The position numbers and the translations under genes were made by a program. From Octopus vulgaris (lineage: Eukaryota): a stretch of 64,000 nucleotides of DNA. How positions within the stretch are numbered: the first letter of the stretch is position 1; each line of letters begins with the position of its first letter. Shown here in pieces: positions 49,692 to 63,529 of the stretch. The notes below the pieces were generated by a model. The model saw nothing but the letters and a program-made list of their open reading frames with translations. It had not been told where the DNA came from and ran no database searches. The stretch lies in assembly GCA_951406725.2 (NCBI GenBank), contig OX597814.1:134664001-134728000 (forward strand). The letters run 5' to 3'.

Positions 49692-50950
49692 TGCATGGTG
49701 CAGTGAATAAATTGTTGTCTAAACTACGCAAAAGGGAAAATAACACTGACACCTCATTATAACAGATCATCATCATCATTTAGCGTCCGCCTTCCATGCT
49801 AGCATGGGTTGGACGGTTCAACTGGGGTCTGGGAAGCCAGAAGGCTGCACCAGGCCCAGTCTGAACTGGCAATGTTTCTACGGCTGGATGCCTTTCCTAA
49901 TGCCAACCACTCCATGAGTGTAGTGGGTGCTTTTTACATGCCACCTGCACAGGTGCCAGACGAGGCTGGCAAACGGCCACGGTCAGATGGTGCTTTTTAC
50001 GTGCCACTGGCAACGGCCACGATCGGATGGTGCTTTTTACGTGCCACTGGCACAGAGGCCCGTCGGGGCGGTGCTGGCAACGACCACATTCAGATGGTTC
50101 GCTTACGTGCCACCGGCACTGGTATCACAGCTACAATTTCCATTGATGTTGATCGATTTTGATTTTGATTTATGTACCAAAATTACATAAAAATATCTTG
50201 AAATACTAGAGTAAAATTATTCAGTAAAATCGCCTCCAGACGACTATGGAATCTTCTGCAATTCTTCTGGACAGTCTCCTTGTTTAAGTTGGTGAATGCT
50301 ACCATAATCCTTGCCTTCAGCGCATCTTTGCTGTTACAAGGAGTTTTGTTGGTTTCTCACTCAACTGTGTCCCACACATAATAATCAAGGGTGTTGCAGT
50401 CTGGGGAGTTAAGTGGCCAGATGTTAGGGGTGATGTGGTTTCAGAAATTGTCTGACAGCCACGACTGGGTGGTCCTGCTTGTGTGACATGGTGCAGAGTC
50501 CTGTTGGCAGACACAGGGTCTTCCAGCAGCTGCCCTCTTGACCCAGGTCAGCACTACCTCCTCCAGGCACTTGATATAGGCCTCTGTGTTGAGTCTGAGG
50601 CCACGTGGGAAGACAAATGGAGGCATAACGTTGCCATCACTAGTGACCACTCCAAACACAATAATGTTGGCTAGCTGTTTGATTTTTATCACTCTTGGTA
50701 CACGTCCTCAGATTGACACCCAAACATTCTGAAATGTTCATATTGAGAGCTTCCAGTGCGAATGCCAAGTAGTACAGCATGTCATTTCCAAATTTCTGGC
50801 CAAGTGAATTGTGTCATGGTGCTGTTTTTCTCACAGACAGTGCCCAACTGACCCTACTATAGCGTGTAGTTGACAAAATCAAAAACAAATAATGTGCATG
50901 CACGAAATTAAAAGTATAAAATGGTGACAATTTACTGATCACATCCTTAT
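49692..50950 (-). mobile_element. Tc1/mariner (maT/DD37D-like) relic, interrupted by an RTE
   Basis: VFGVVTSDGNVMPP..QQDSAPCH..WPLNSPDCN..DYYVW; degenerate TIRs containing taaattgt. Confidence 0.8.
49766..50170 (-). mobile_element. Young RTE 3' UTR fragment
   Basis: Closely similar to 34740-35129. Confidence 0.9.
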
Positions 50951-50974
50951 ATATATATATATATATACATATAA

Positions 50975-51075
50975 GCTTCAGGCATACATATACTAAAATT
51001 GGAGCAATTCAGAGCTGCTTAGCATGGCCCCTGTGCAAAGACAGCATGCAAATTTATGAAATGTTTCAGATTTTT
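50975..51075 (+). pseudogene. U6 snRNA pseudogene
   Basis: gcttc.ggca..catatactaaaattgga..cagag...ttagcatggcccctg.gcaa.ga...gcaaatt..tgaa..gtt.ca.attttt; ACAGAGA box mutated. Confidence 0.9.
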
Positions 51076-51078
51076 CTA

Positions 51079-51240
51079 AGGCACAGGCATGGTTGTGTGG
51101 GGAAGTTTGCTTTGCAACTATAGTTTTGGGTTTAGTCCCACTGCATTTCACATCAGAGAAACATTTTCTACTATAGCCCCAGGTTTATCAATGCTTTGTG
51201 AAATAATTTGGTAGACCGAAACTGTGTACAAGCCCGTCAA
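51079..51240 (+). mobile_element. Degenerate SINE 5' half abutting U6
   Basis: Homologous to the head of the 6367 family. Confidence 0.7.
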
Positions 51241-51260
51241 GTCTCTCTCTCTCTCTCTCT

Positions 51261-51318
<58 letters not shown>

Positions 51319-51485
51319 CAAAATGTGCCTTGTCCCGGCTTGCGGGGGTGATTGCCTTCCCTTTGCAAATATAAGGACACAGAAAATGTGTCAAAGCCGA
51401 CAGGAGACGTCGATGTTTCCTAGGGCTAAATGGCGGTGGTGTAATTCCCTTACAGGACTGTCACATTGAGTTGACAGTATACGAC

Positions 51486-51526
<41 letters not shown>

Positions 51527-51540
51527 CACGCACACAAATA

Positions 51541-52560
51541 TATAGGAGGGTAAGTCAAATATTATATGCATTTATTTCTGTAATTTATTAGAACAAAAGC
51601 AAGGGCTGAACAGTTATATCATTTTTTGATATAGTGTCTTTGTTTTTTGGTGCAATTCTTTTAGCAGTCCACAAGTTTGCTTATTCCATCGGAGAAGAAT
51701 GTTTTTGGCTGGCTGTGCAGCCATTTATGCACCACTTCATGCAGTTCTTCATCTGTAGCAAATTGACAACCTCGTAAAGGATGTTTGAGTGGTCCAAAGA
51801 GATGATAGTCAGAAGGGGCAAGATCTGGACTATGGCTCAGAATCTAATTTTTTAATGGTTTCAATGGTTTTGTGGCCACATGTAGTTGTACATTGTTATG
51901 CTACATCATCATCATCGTTTAACGTCCGTTTTCCATGCTAGCATGGGTTGGATGGTTCAATTGGGGTCTGGGAAGCCAGAAGGCTGCACCAGGCCCAGTC
52001 TGATCTGGCAGTGTTTCTACAGCTGGATGCCCTTCCTAATGCCAACCACTCCATGAGTGTAGTGGGTGCTTTTTACGTGCCACCGGCACGGGGGGCAGAC
52101 GAGGCTGGCAAATGGCCACAATCGGATGGTGCTTTTTATGTGCCACCGGCACAGAGGCCAGTCGGCACGGCGCTGGCAACGGCCACGTTCGGATGGTTCT
52201 CTTATGTGCCACCGGCACTGGTATCACTGCTACAATTTCCATTGATGTTGATCGATTTCGATTTTGATTTTCACTTGCCTCAACGGGTCTTCACAAGTAG
52301 GGTTTATGTCCTGACAAAAGACCATGGCATTTGGTCTGAATTACTGGTTTCAGTTTATTGACTAGCATTTTACTGTAGACCCCTTCTCCAGGCAGTGTTC
52401 CAGTGTAAGCCTTTTTACATCCCCAAAAATGGGTAGCATAATTTTTTTCTGCAAAAGGTCGAGACTTGAATTTCCTTTTCGCTGGTGATTCCAGGTTTTT
52501 CCACTCCATACTCTGCCTTTTGGATTCTGGCTTAAAGTGATGGACCCAGGCCTCAGCTAT
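51541..52560 (-). mobile_element. Mariner 3' relic, interrupted by an RTE
   Basis: TIR-like taggagggtaagtcaaa; MEWK..ESPAKRKFK; SPDLAPSDYHLFGPL on the minus strand. Confidence 0.8.
51904..52305 (-). mobile_element. Young RTE 3' UTR fragment
   Basis: (CAT)n and family terminus. Confidence 0.9.
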
Positions 52561-53079
52561 ACATACTCATTGATCATGATTGCTGTCCAGTGACTGAAGC
52601 AAGTAAAAAAGATAAAAGATAACTTAAACTGATTAGGAGGCTTCTCATACATTATTGTTTGATAAAACTGGTTAAAAGCATTCATATAAAACTTTTTCAG
52701 AACCAATCAGAATGCATTTTTAACAGTGGGATTCAGTTTTGGTGGTATATTTCTGAACATTCATTCTAATCTCCTTTAATTTCAGATTTGAATGCTAATT
52801 GTTTCTTAACTACGGCTCAGGTTTTGAAAATTCTTGTTTACTTAATAATATTTACAGTGATTTCCATAGTATTTAATTCTTATTTTCTTGATCCATGTTG
52901 GAACTTCTATAACTACTCATGGTGGTATAATTCTCTGTTGAATGTTTTGGTTTCCTTACAATAAATTGTTAGCCATGAACATATTTTATTTTGATAAAGT
53001 TTGTGTCAACATATAGTTCTGCTGTGTCATCAAATATATTCTTTAGCTTCAAGGCATTTGTTTCCTTGTATTCATTGGG

Positions 53080-53410
53080 TGTGTGGAAGGCACATGGCCT
53101 CCTGGTTAGGATGTTTGGCTTATGATCATAAATTGTGGGTTTAATTCCTGGACTGGATGGTACATTGTATCTTTGAACAAGGCATTTCATTTTCACATTG
53201 GTCCAGTCTACTCAGCTGTAAGATGTGTTGCAATCAGCTGCTAGTGCCGGTCCCTCTCTCTCCAGCCACCACATCCCAGATGTCCACTGGGTCATGACTG
53301 AAGTGGATGAGAGGCTAATATATCTGCTTGCTACAACATAGGCACCTAAAATAATTAGTGAGAACATGGTGTATGTTACCAGTATCCACTCACAGATCAT
53401 GCTTTGCTGT
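53080..53410 (+). mobile_element. Degenerate tRNA-derived SINE
   Basis: tggcctcctggttagg ... ggtttaattcctgg head. Confidence 0.6.
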
Positions 53411-54593
53411 ACTAAACTTTGAAAGGAGACTTCTAGAATTTATTGTATAATGCATTAATATTGAGTTTTAAGACCAGTTTTTTTTTTTTCAAATAATTTT
53501 TTATTTTTGCAGGATTTCTTTCACTGCTAAAATGGACTGATGTTTTCTTATTGCTGTGTCTACTTGTCCAAAAACAAATGTATTTGCCAATTTTTATTTT
53601 AGAAAGCAATAGCATGACCCAAATTGATTCTGTTATCATTTTAGCATTAAGAGTCTTTTAGTTTCCTCTTTAGCCAGTTTTTATCACTTAGAAAATAACT
53701 TTACTAAATCCCTTTTGTTAAATAATTAACTTCAGTTTGGTGTACCATTACTTTCTAAATTCACCAAATACTATCTTGTTTTTATTTTAGATGCCTTTAT
53801 TTATCTCTTGTGGTTAAGATGGTACATAGGCCTCATTATTGAGAGAGTTTAATGCTGACACTTTGTCTAGAAGACAGTGTAGATTTCTATAGTTTTACAC
53901 AAAATGATCATTTACCAATTTCATTTTCACTATTACTAAGGAATTTAAACAAATAATTGATCCTACATTCTGTGATAAGTTATGTACAAAGTTTTTTGCT
54001 TAAGGTGGTAAAGAATAGTTTCCAGCAATTTTGAATATATAATTCTGTCTTTTGTACTGTATGTTACTGTTCCTTTAATAAATAAATTGTATTTGTACTT
54101 TTTGCTGCACTCCATCAAGGTGTTAAAATAAATTTTTGATTTAACTCCTATTCTGTAGGCATAATATTTCTTTAATGAATGCTCTAGACATATCTCTTTA
54201 ATACAATTTGCCTTTTATTACAACATAATTGTTTCATTTAATGTAATCTTTCAGGTTACATTCACTTAAATTTTGTATTCAATTTCAATCTCAAAAAGGA
54301 AGGTTTATATATTTGAGTTCATTTCTTTTAAATGGTCAAATTGTTTTGTGTGTTTAATCTTTTAGCTCTGACTTTGTTGTACTTCAAGATTTTAAATTGG
54401 TAAGCAAAGGTGTTAATTTTTTTCTCATGTATTTTTATAGTCCTTTTTTTTTTTATTTTACTGTATAACCTTTTGATAAAATCAGCCTGTTTTTCTTACA
54501 AACATTTTAAAAAGTTTTTTTTATATACTTAATTGTAGGCAATTTCTTTGATAAATTTATAAAAAGCTACAATAGCATAGCTGTAATCTTTAA

Positions 54594-54787
54594 CCCTCTA
54601 ACTTTCAGATTACTATGTCAAATGTAATGCTTATTTATTCACATGGTTTTGAATTAATCATCTGTTATCTCAGCTTCAAGGTTTCAGTGATGTAATTATT
54701 TATTTTTAGAACGTTATTCTAGGGTAGGTACGAGAGGCTGAATCTGGTTAGTTTGAACATAAAACAGGTAGTTAAAATGCTAAAGGC
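54594..54787. mobile_element. piggyBac-like MITE
   Basis: TTAA|ccctcta ... aatgctaaaggc|TTAA. Confidence 0.6.
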
Positions 54788-54959
54788 TTAATTAAACCCA
54801 AATTTCAATAGTTTAATATAATGATTCATATTGGCAATGTATATTGTGTTCTTTCACAATCAATAAGAGAAATGATTAATTTAATTACAAAAGGGGGAGT
54901 TATATCATAAATGGATGAATTGAAAGTATTGTGTACATCACTATAGTAGTGGGCTCCAC

Positions 54960-55500
54960 CAGAATCATTGCATATAATGGACCTCACAATCCTTAATGAT
55001 TTTTCCTACCAATCTGTTATCTACAACTTAAGAACTGCATTACAAAAACAGGTTTTTTTCTTCATAGCCAGAAGTTTCATCAGCCCCCAACAACTGCTAA
55101 ACTTCTACAAAGCTCAAGTAAGATCCACTATGAAGTATTGTTCTTATAGTTGGTAAGGTGTTACAGCTACTCATATATCATAGACTAGACTACATGTAAG
55201 AAACAACCACCAGGCTGATTGGCAGAAATCACATGGTAGAACATTCCAAACTCTGGTCACAGGCATATTTTCTCTGCTTCTTCTACAGCTACTACAGTAG
55301 CCTCTACTCCTCAGAGTTAGTTATTCTTGTGCCACTTTCATTCTGACGCTCCTGGCTCATTTGCTTCTCTTTCTCTCATTATCCATTTGTATCTACTGCC
55401 CAGGCTCCACAACTACTATGTTCAGTCCTTTATCCTTAGGGTATTGGCTCTCTGGAATCCTTCCACTCCATGCTTTTTCCTGCAGTTCTGGAAGAACTGC
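54960..55500 (+). mobile_element. CR1/Jockey-group LINE 3' fragment
   Basis: QQLLNFYKAQVRSTMKYCSYSW motif. Confidence 0.65.
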
Positions 55501-57915
55501 ATTGACTTCTTGTTTCAGAGGGACTATGAAGCTCATGGGCATACTCCTTTTATTCAGACTCAGAAAGAATAAATCAAGAATTTCAATTTGACTGAGTATA
55601 AACTAATTCATATGTGAGAATAGGTTTCCATTATTATTCTTACTATTGTGGGTGTAATTCATAGAATTATTATTCTATTTCTTGTTGAAATGTGCATATA
55701 TTTTTTAAATTCTTTTATAAGATCAATGTAAAACTTCCCGTTTTTTTTTTTGACCAGTGTTAGTCATAAAGATTTTTTTCTGTATCACAAAGGGTCATTC
55801 TAATTAATTAAAATTTCTTGGTTATTAAGTTAATTAAGTATATCAGCAACCGCTTAACTATTTTACAGTGATTCTTTTTTACTGGTTATAAAGAATCTCA
55901 AAGGCTTAGTATCTTATGTCGAATCCTTACCAATAAATTTTCACTTAATAATTGTTGTTTTTGCTGTACCAAAATAAATTTTACTCATTAATTATTTTTC
56001 AAGTGCTCTAACTTTTAGTGCTCCCACTTTGGATTAGCTTATCAGCTTTTAGATCTTGCAGTCATAGATCTCTTCAATAGTGAATTTAAATGGTTATAGA
56101 TTCTGTATTCTACTGTATGGGTTGAAACTGACTGTGGCTGTGAATTGCATATTTATTTTTTAGGTGACATGTGGTGTGCATGTACAACCCGCTATTATGT
56201 AAGAAACATTGTTTTTGTAAGTTTTTATGGTTTATGCAAGAAATAAAGGAGCTATGTAAGACTAACACAGTTTTTAATGTACATTTTCATTTTTATTTTG
56301 ACAGCCTGCAAATAATCTTAGATTTAAATCCTCTTAATTTTTACACCTGCTTTTCCATGCTGGCATGAGCTGAAAGTGTCTGTTTCAACACAGCATCTAT
56401 CCACTAATTGTGGTCCTTCATCATCTCCTTTGTAAGGACCAGTATCCTGAGACCACTGCCTCTTCACACGCCTTCTTCCTCACTTTTTTTGCAAGCCCAG
56501 TTTCACCTGCATCTTTGACACTTTTTGCACAACGATCAATCTTCACACAAACTAGCATGGTCTTTCTCAATACACTTGTGCACTCCTTAGGCATGCTAAC
56601 ATTACATCTGCTGGAGCATGCTGGTCTCATTTCTTTCTAGTCTTTACATATTCTCCATATTCAGCACTTTTGTCTCACTACCATGCTATATTGCACTTCA
56701 TTCACAAATATCATTCAGTAATTTAGTGAGAGAATTGCTTTATGGCCAACAAGTAATAGTTCCCTCAACTTTTTTCTCCTCGTTCTTACTCTGGCTACTT
56801 TTGCTTTTGTGACACTGCAATACCCATTTCCACTTCTAATTAGGCCACAAAAGCTATTAACTTATTTTAACAAACTTACTGGGCTGTTGATAAATTTCAT
56901 TTTATGGTTGCTCTAATTGCTGATTATTTCTATGCATCTATTACATTAAAAAACCCTTCTTCCCTATTGGCCTGTTTGCTGTTCCACTGCACCTTTTTTT
57001 GTACACAATGTCTGAAATGGGTACGCAAAAGGTGTTTACAATGGGTATAGAGTACTAAGTTTTTTCCTGCTCCTTCTCTGCATATGAAGTGTGGCCACCT
57101 CCCCATTTATTATAATGTTCTGATTTGTTTTGTTAACTAAAATTTTCATCATCTTGTATTTTTAGGGATATATAGGATTTGCTTTTATTATAACAATAGA
57201 ATATAATTCGAGGGAAATTTGGCTGTTATTTCTAGCAGATTGGTGATCATATGCAAGCTCTCTTGTTGGTTTGTAGTGTCCTGGTAGATTTGTTTAGTGT
57301 CACCCATCTGTAGGTAGGATCTTGTTGATCCAGGATTTTAGTTTATAAAGGGCTAGAATTGCTTCATGGTAGTATCTGGTATATTCTAGAAGGAAAGTAT
57401 TATGATGTTGTTTGTGTATATTGTATAGAGATAGAAATGTTGGTCTATGAGTGGAAAGGTTATGAGAATGGGATACCATTTGTGAAAGAACAAAGATTTA
57501 TGAGTTATTAAAAGTTTATATAGACTCAATATTTTATGAGGTACCCTGCAAACCAATATTTAGTATTGCTTTCTCTAAAGAAGTGTGTTGGGTATTTATT
57601 GATGATTGGATAAAAGGAAATATTTGTTTGTAGTCTCTTACAATTTGATATAATGTAATTGTGTTCATAATACTCAGCAACATATTTTTTTTACAGAAAA
57701 AAAAACCAAACAAAAAAGCTAAAAAAGAAAAACCATTGTGATCTACTTGTAAGACATTTTCAAGCAGTTAAAATTCATGATAAATTTGGAAATTTAAAGT
57801 TTTTCTGATACTTCTTTGCAAATATGTATGCATCTTTATATTGCAAAACACTATTTCTTCATACTTCTAGTTACATTGAAAATATTGATGCTTACAGATT
57901 GTTAACGTGTAAATA

Positions 57916-59810
57916 CAGGAGTTGGACAAAATAATGGAAAAACCTTAAAATTGCAAACAAATTTATTTCAATATGGTCAGTGATTTCATCATCCATACTC
58001 TCAACAATACACCCTTAAATATGGTTTCTGATTACAAATATCTTGGGTCATACATATCATCATCTGGAAAAGATTTTCTAACTAGAAAGGGTATGGCCTG
58101 GTCAGCCTGTAATGATATGCGTAAGATCTGGTCATCAAATCTAAGTAGAGACTTCAAACTTAAAATCTTCAAAGCCACAGTCGAACCAATTCTACTATAT
58201 GGCTCAGAAACCTGGATGTTATCAAAGAAGCTTGAGAGGCAGTTGGATGGAACTTACACTTGCCTCCTTATGAGAGCTCAAAATCTCTCGTGGAAGCGTT
58301 ATCCAACCAAAATACAAATATATGGAAAACTACCACCTGTATCATCTCTTGTGAAAGGTAGGAGAGTCCAGTTTGCAGGACATTGTTGTAGAGCTGAAAA
58401 CAAGGCAATTTCTACTCTTCTCCTCTGGAAGCCATCTACTCGTGATACCAGAGGGCGCACACTCTCCTACCCTGATGTAATCTCCAGGGATACAGGCATC
58501 CAGCAACAGGACCTCCGTAATGCTATGATGGACCATGAAGTCTGGCGTAGCATAGTAAATTCCATTGTCTCGACCACGGTCGAACAATGATGATGGGCAG
58601 TAATTACAGCTCGAATTTGTACGAGGTATGGACTCATACAAAGTTTGAATTGTTTCCAAAGGAATTTTTGTCCATTCTTCAGCTAAAACAGTTTCCAGTT
58701 TTTGTAGTGATGATGGTAGAGGATATCGACTCCTTACTTGTTTTTCTAAAATGTACCATAAATGTTCAATAATATCAAGATCTGGGGACTGTGGTGGCCA
58801 GATAAGATGATCAGCTTCAATAGAATGTCCCTAGTGCCATTCAGTAACAACTTTAGCTGTGTGAATTGCTGCATTATCATCCTGAAAGATTGCATTTCCC
58901 CCCGGAAACAGTTCTGCAACCATAGGATGAATTTGATCAGATAAAATGCTTAAATAGTCTTGACTATTAATTCTGCCCTGAAAGGAAACCATTACCATTG
59001 GGCCAGCGGATTTCCAAGATATGCCCCCACCCCCAGATCATCACTAATCGTCCATGTTTAACAGTTGCATGAAGGCAGTTTGGGTCAAATGCTTCTTTTG
59101 ACTGTCTCCACATGTATATGCAGCTGGTGGTTGGAAATAAGGTAAAGGATGATTTGTCTGAGAAAATAACATTCTTCCACTACTCTAGAAACCAATTCTG
59201 TAGGTTTTTACTCCACTCTAAATGCTTTGCAACGTCTTTTGAAAGTAGTGGTTTTCTGATTGCAGTCCTCCTGTGAAATCTGGCTTTGTGCAGCTCTTGG
59301 TGAACAGTTTTTGTGGAAACTGGGTTCTCAAGGTGGCCATTAAGCTCTGCAATAATTTTGGGAGCTGTACTTTTGTGATCCTTTCTAACAATTCACGCAA
59401 GAGTCCAATGGTCCTTATCTGAAAGTTTTGGTTTTCTTCCAGAGTTTTGTTTCAGTGAGGGTTTTTATTCTCTTTCTCAAAGGCTGTCATTACTTTCGAG
59501 ACAGTACTACTTGATACACCAAATATTTTGCCTCTTTTCATTACGCTAACCATACAAACAGCAACATAGCGCCTGCCATACAAACAGCAACAATTTTACC
59601 TCTTTGAAAGTCCGATAGATCTGTCATTTTAATGAATTTTAATTATCTTTTTCTGATGATATCTGGAAAGAAACAGCAATTTTAGCAAAACATATTAAGC
59701 AACTCTAACAATAAATAAAAAAACAAAAAAAAAAAAACAAGCTTTTGACAGTTTTATAGATATTTCAAAATTATGATGCTAGGTGTTTCCATTATTTTGT
59801 CCAACCCCTG
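57916..59810 (-). mobile_element. Tc1-like transposon with intact TIRs, decayed, hosting a LINE
   Basis: TA|caggagttggacaaaataatggaaa ... tttccattattttgtccaacccctg|TA; QDDNAAIH and WPPQSPDL on the minus strand. Confidence 0.9.
57975..58594 (+). mobile_element. RTE-clade LINE 3' fragment (third family)
   Basis: 205-aa ORF YKYLGS..ILLYGSETW..FAGHC, ending directly in a (TGA)n tail. Confidence 0.88.
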
Positions 59811-60322
59811 TATGTTTTTAATAAACCACAAAAGGCAGATTTTTTTATCACCACTAATACTTTTGATAACCACCTATTAATAATAATAAAAGGTACCAAT
59901 GTTATGATCTTGAAATTTGATCTTTCAAAAGTTAATCATTGAAATGATGTCACTGCCAATTACACTATATAGAGTTTTGTTCTTTATGTTCAGTATAGAT
60001 GATAGCCAGCAAATTGGCTAAGTCATTAGAACATTGGAAAAATTGCCTTGCAGTAGTTGTTCTGGTTCCTTACATTCTGAGTTCAAATCCCATTGAAGTC
60101 AACTTTATTTTTCATCTGTTCAGGATCAGTAAAATAAAATATCATGTGCTGCATACATTTCTACAACACCATTTTCTTTACGTACTATAAAGGCAAAAAT
60201 AGATCTACCTTCTACTCAGTTGTGTGCCTGTGTTTTGCTTATTTTTTGTTATTTTACTACATAAGGGTCGCCAACTGCCTGTCCTGAGTAATTATTGATG
60301 GCATGTGCTTAATATATATATA

Positions 60323-60735
60323 TGCAAAGTTCAGAGAGCTCTTTCCCCTGCTGGTGACAAAGGCCTCTCGCTCAGAGTAAAAGGTAGACTGTATGACGCT
60401 TGTGTACGAACAGCCATGCTACATGGCAGTGAAACATGGACTGTGACTGCTGAGGACATGCGTAAGCTCGCAAGGAATGAAGCCAGTATGATCCGATGGA
60501 TGTGTAATGTCAGTGTGCATACTCAACAGAGTGTAAGTACCTTGAGAGAAAAGTTGGACCTAAGAAGCATCAGATGTGGTGTGCAAGAGAGACGACTGCG
60601 CTGGTATGGACATGTAGCGAGAATGGATGAGGACAGCTGTGTGAAAAAGTGCCACACCCTAGTGGTTGAGGGAACCTGTGGAAGAGGTAGACCCAGGAAG
60701 ACCTGGGATGAAGTGGTGAAGCACGACCTTTGAAC
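60323..60735 (+). mobile_element. RTE RT C-terminal fragment
   Basis: Closely similar to 19080-19459. Confidence 0.9.
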
Positions 60736-60739
60736 CTTT

Positions 60740-61945
60740 TCTGATATTCCATATTATTAGATCATCAAGTATGAAATTTGTAGAAAAAAAAAGTTTGCTA
60801 ATGTTTTATAAATACAAGGAGTAGTTTTATTCATCAAAGTATGCACCCATATTGTCAATACATTTTTGCTCTTTCAGCAGTAGCTTGTCCAGCCCAGAAC
60901 TGTAAAAGCCTGGCAATCTAGAGTCAGTAAAATCTTGGAAGGTCTGTTTTGCAGCATTGTTGGAATTTAATTTTTTTCCTATCAAAAAGTTATCCTAATT
61001 CTGGAAGAAGTGGTAGTCAGTGGGGGCAAGATCAGGTGAGTATGGTGGATGATGGAGAACTTCCAACTCCTGTAGTTTCGCCAATGTCATTTTTGCAATG
61101 TGCGGTCTGGCATTGTCTTGCAATAAAATAGGAGTAGATCTGTTGAGTAATCTAGGCTGTTTTTTTGTAACTTTCTGCATCATTTGGTCCAGTTGGCTGC
61201 AGTATACTTCGGCTGTGATTGATGAGCCAGGTTTAATGAAATCATAGTGGATCACACCTGCGCCATCAGCTTCTTTTGATGAATTTTGCTTTTTTGGATT
61301 GTGTTTTGGTGGCTTGTCTTTGTCCAACCATTGTGCTGAACATTTATGGTTGTTGTATTGGATTCATTTCTCATTACATGTCACAAAAAATGAATCATTT
61401 TTTTAATCGAATTGTAACAAGTAGCATAATGCAGGCTTCCAAACGTTGCTGTTTCTGATTTTCATTGAGTTCATGTGGAACCCACTTATCCAGCTTTTTC
61501 ACTTTACCGATTTGAACTATGTGAATCAGTATTGTTTGCTTGCTAACACCAAACAACAACAATAGTTCACGGGCCCTTTGAGATGGATCTGACTCGACAG
61601 TGGCTTTCAGTTCGTCATTATCTACCTTTGTTTCTGGCTGACCGCATTGCTCATTTGTGAGGTGAAAGTTACCAGAATGAAATTTTGTGAACCAATTTGA
61701 TACTGTCTGCTGTGTAATATTAGAATGAAATACTCCATTAATATTCTGAGCTGTCTTTGATGCTGTTTTCCAAGAAAGAACTTGTATTTCAAAACTGTAC
61801 GAATTTCCAACTTATCCATCTCTAAACAAAAATAGCAAAAAACAATTTATAAATACTTTATAAAGTGCAAAATGAGTTAGAATAAAGAAATAAATGTGTC
61901 AGCTTTCTAACAAAAAATAAAGATTTTCAAAATGTAATAATGGCA
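60740..61945 (-). mobile_element. Mariner relic
   Basis: MDKLEIR, KWVPHEL, LLQDNARPH, HPPYSPDLAPTDY. Confidence 0.88.
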
Positions 61946-63529
61946 CAAAATGAGCAGCTGTCAAAGTTTACCATATTCCTTACTACAAATTGAGCAACTG
62001 AATAAAGACTTCTTTCCTAGCTTTTGTTATTTGAGTTTGTACCAGAAGGTGGAATCACAACTGTTATAGTTTCTTATGAAAGAATTTCCCTATCAAAAAC
62101 AAATGACTCTACTTTATATTTATCAAATTGAAGAAGGAATTGAGAGTGTCTTGCTATGAAGCCTAAAGGATACTGATATAAAAACTAGTATGGCTTATGA
62201 AAGTGATTCATTTAATCTTACTTTTTGCTTTTAAATGTTAGATACATTCAATAAAATTTTAATCATTTAAGAGTAACTGATCAAAGGCCCGACTAGATAT
62301 GAACAAAAGAAAATGATGCAGAATTTTACATATAAATGAATATCAATCAAGTATTTATCCTTAACTTGTTTTTTCACCTCTTCATTATGATGTATAAGTT
62401 ATTTTTACTCATGATTTCAAAAATGTCTATCTTCAGAAATTTTAAATGCTGATAACTTGATTGTTAATGCATCCATCTGTCTATAAAAGAGTTGCTCCAG
62501 TATTGTAGAAATGGGAGCATGCAGTAGAGAGCAAGTCTGATATTTGATAGGTATAATGACAACTCTAGACATGTTTTGGTCTTATGAGATCTCATTAACA
62601 AAACATCTTATTCATATCCACCAGGTTTTAGAATGACTGAGAGAATATATAGAAACTTGAGTGGAAAGCATTTAGTTACTTTTAACATATTTAATGTGGA
62701 GATTATGAGAAATATTCAGTAAGTGCAAAACAAACTCTTAGTCAATGACTGTTATAATTTTCATTCTTACAAAAAGTGTAGGAGGCAACTACACATGTTT
62801 CAATCTTATTTAGACCTCAACAGTGAAACATATCCTTTACTGTACTTTCTGAAGTAGTGATGAAAGAATTAATATAAATATATAAAATTATACATTGGTT
62901 GATATAGGAATATAAAAATGCTTCGAGAATAAAATAATTCAAAGATGCTATTTGAAAAACAATAGTTAAGTTAGTATTAATATAATATATAGAGCATTAA
63001 AAATTAATAAATAAAAATGTGAGAACAGAAAATAAAGAAGTCCAGGAAAAATTGTGGTAGTATAGATTTTGCAGTAAGAAAATGAAAAGGTTACCTTACA
63101 TCCAAACGATTTTGAACTCTATATAAAAATATATATATGTAGCCTTGTTATCAAGTTATAATCCCCAGAGAGAACACAGACATTTGACTGTTTAATATTG
63201 GATTTCAATCTGGTATCCAGAGTATATTATTTCGTGATATTGATTTTGCAGTAAGTATGAGAAACATCAAGTAATGCACCACAGAGCATTTGAAAAGATT
63301 CTTTAATCTCTGCAGTTGTCAGACAAAAATTATTTTAGAGCAAGGCAATATGTGTATTCTTTAGAACATATCCTATTGTTTGACATTGCAACTTATTTTC
63401 CTTTTGGGTTAACCTTTTGTCTGTTATAATGATAACATATCAAGTCAGAGTTTTCTTTTTATCTAAATATAGAAGAGTGAATGAACACTTCTGTGCTACA
63501 TATCTATCTATCTATCTATATATATATAT

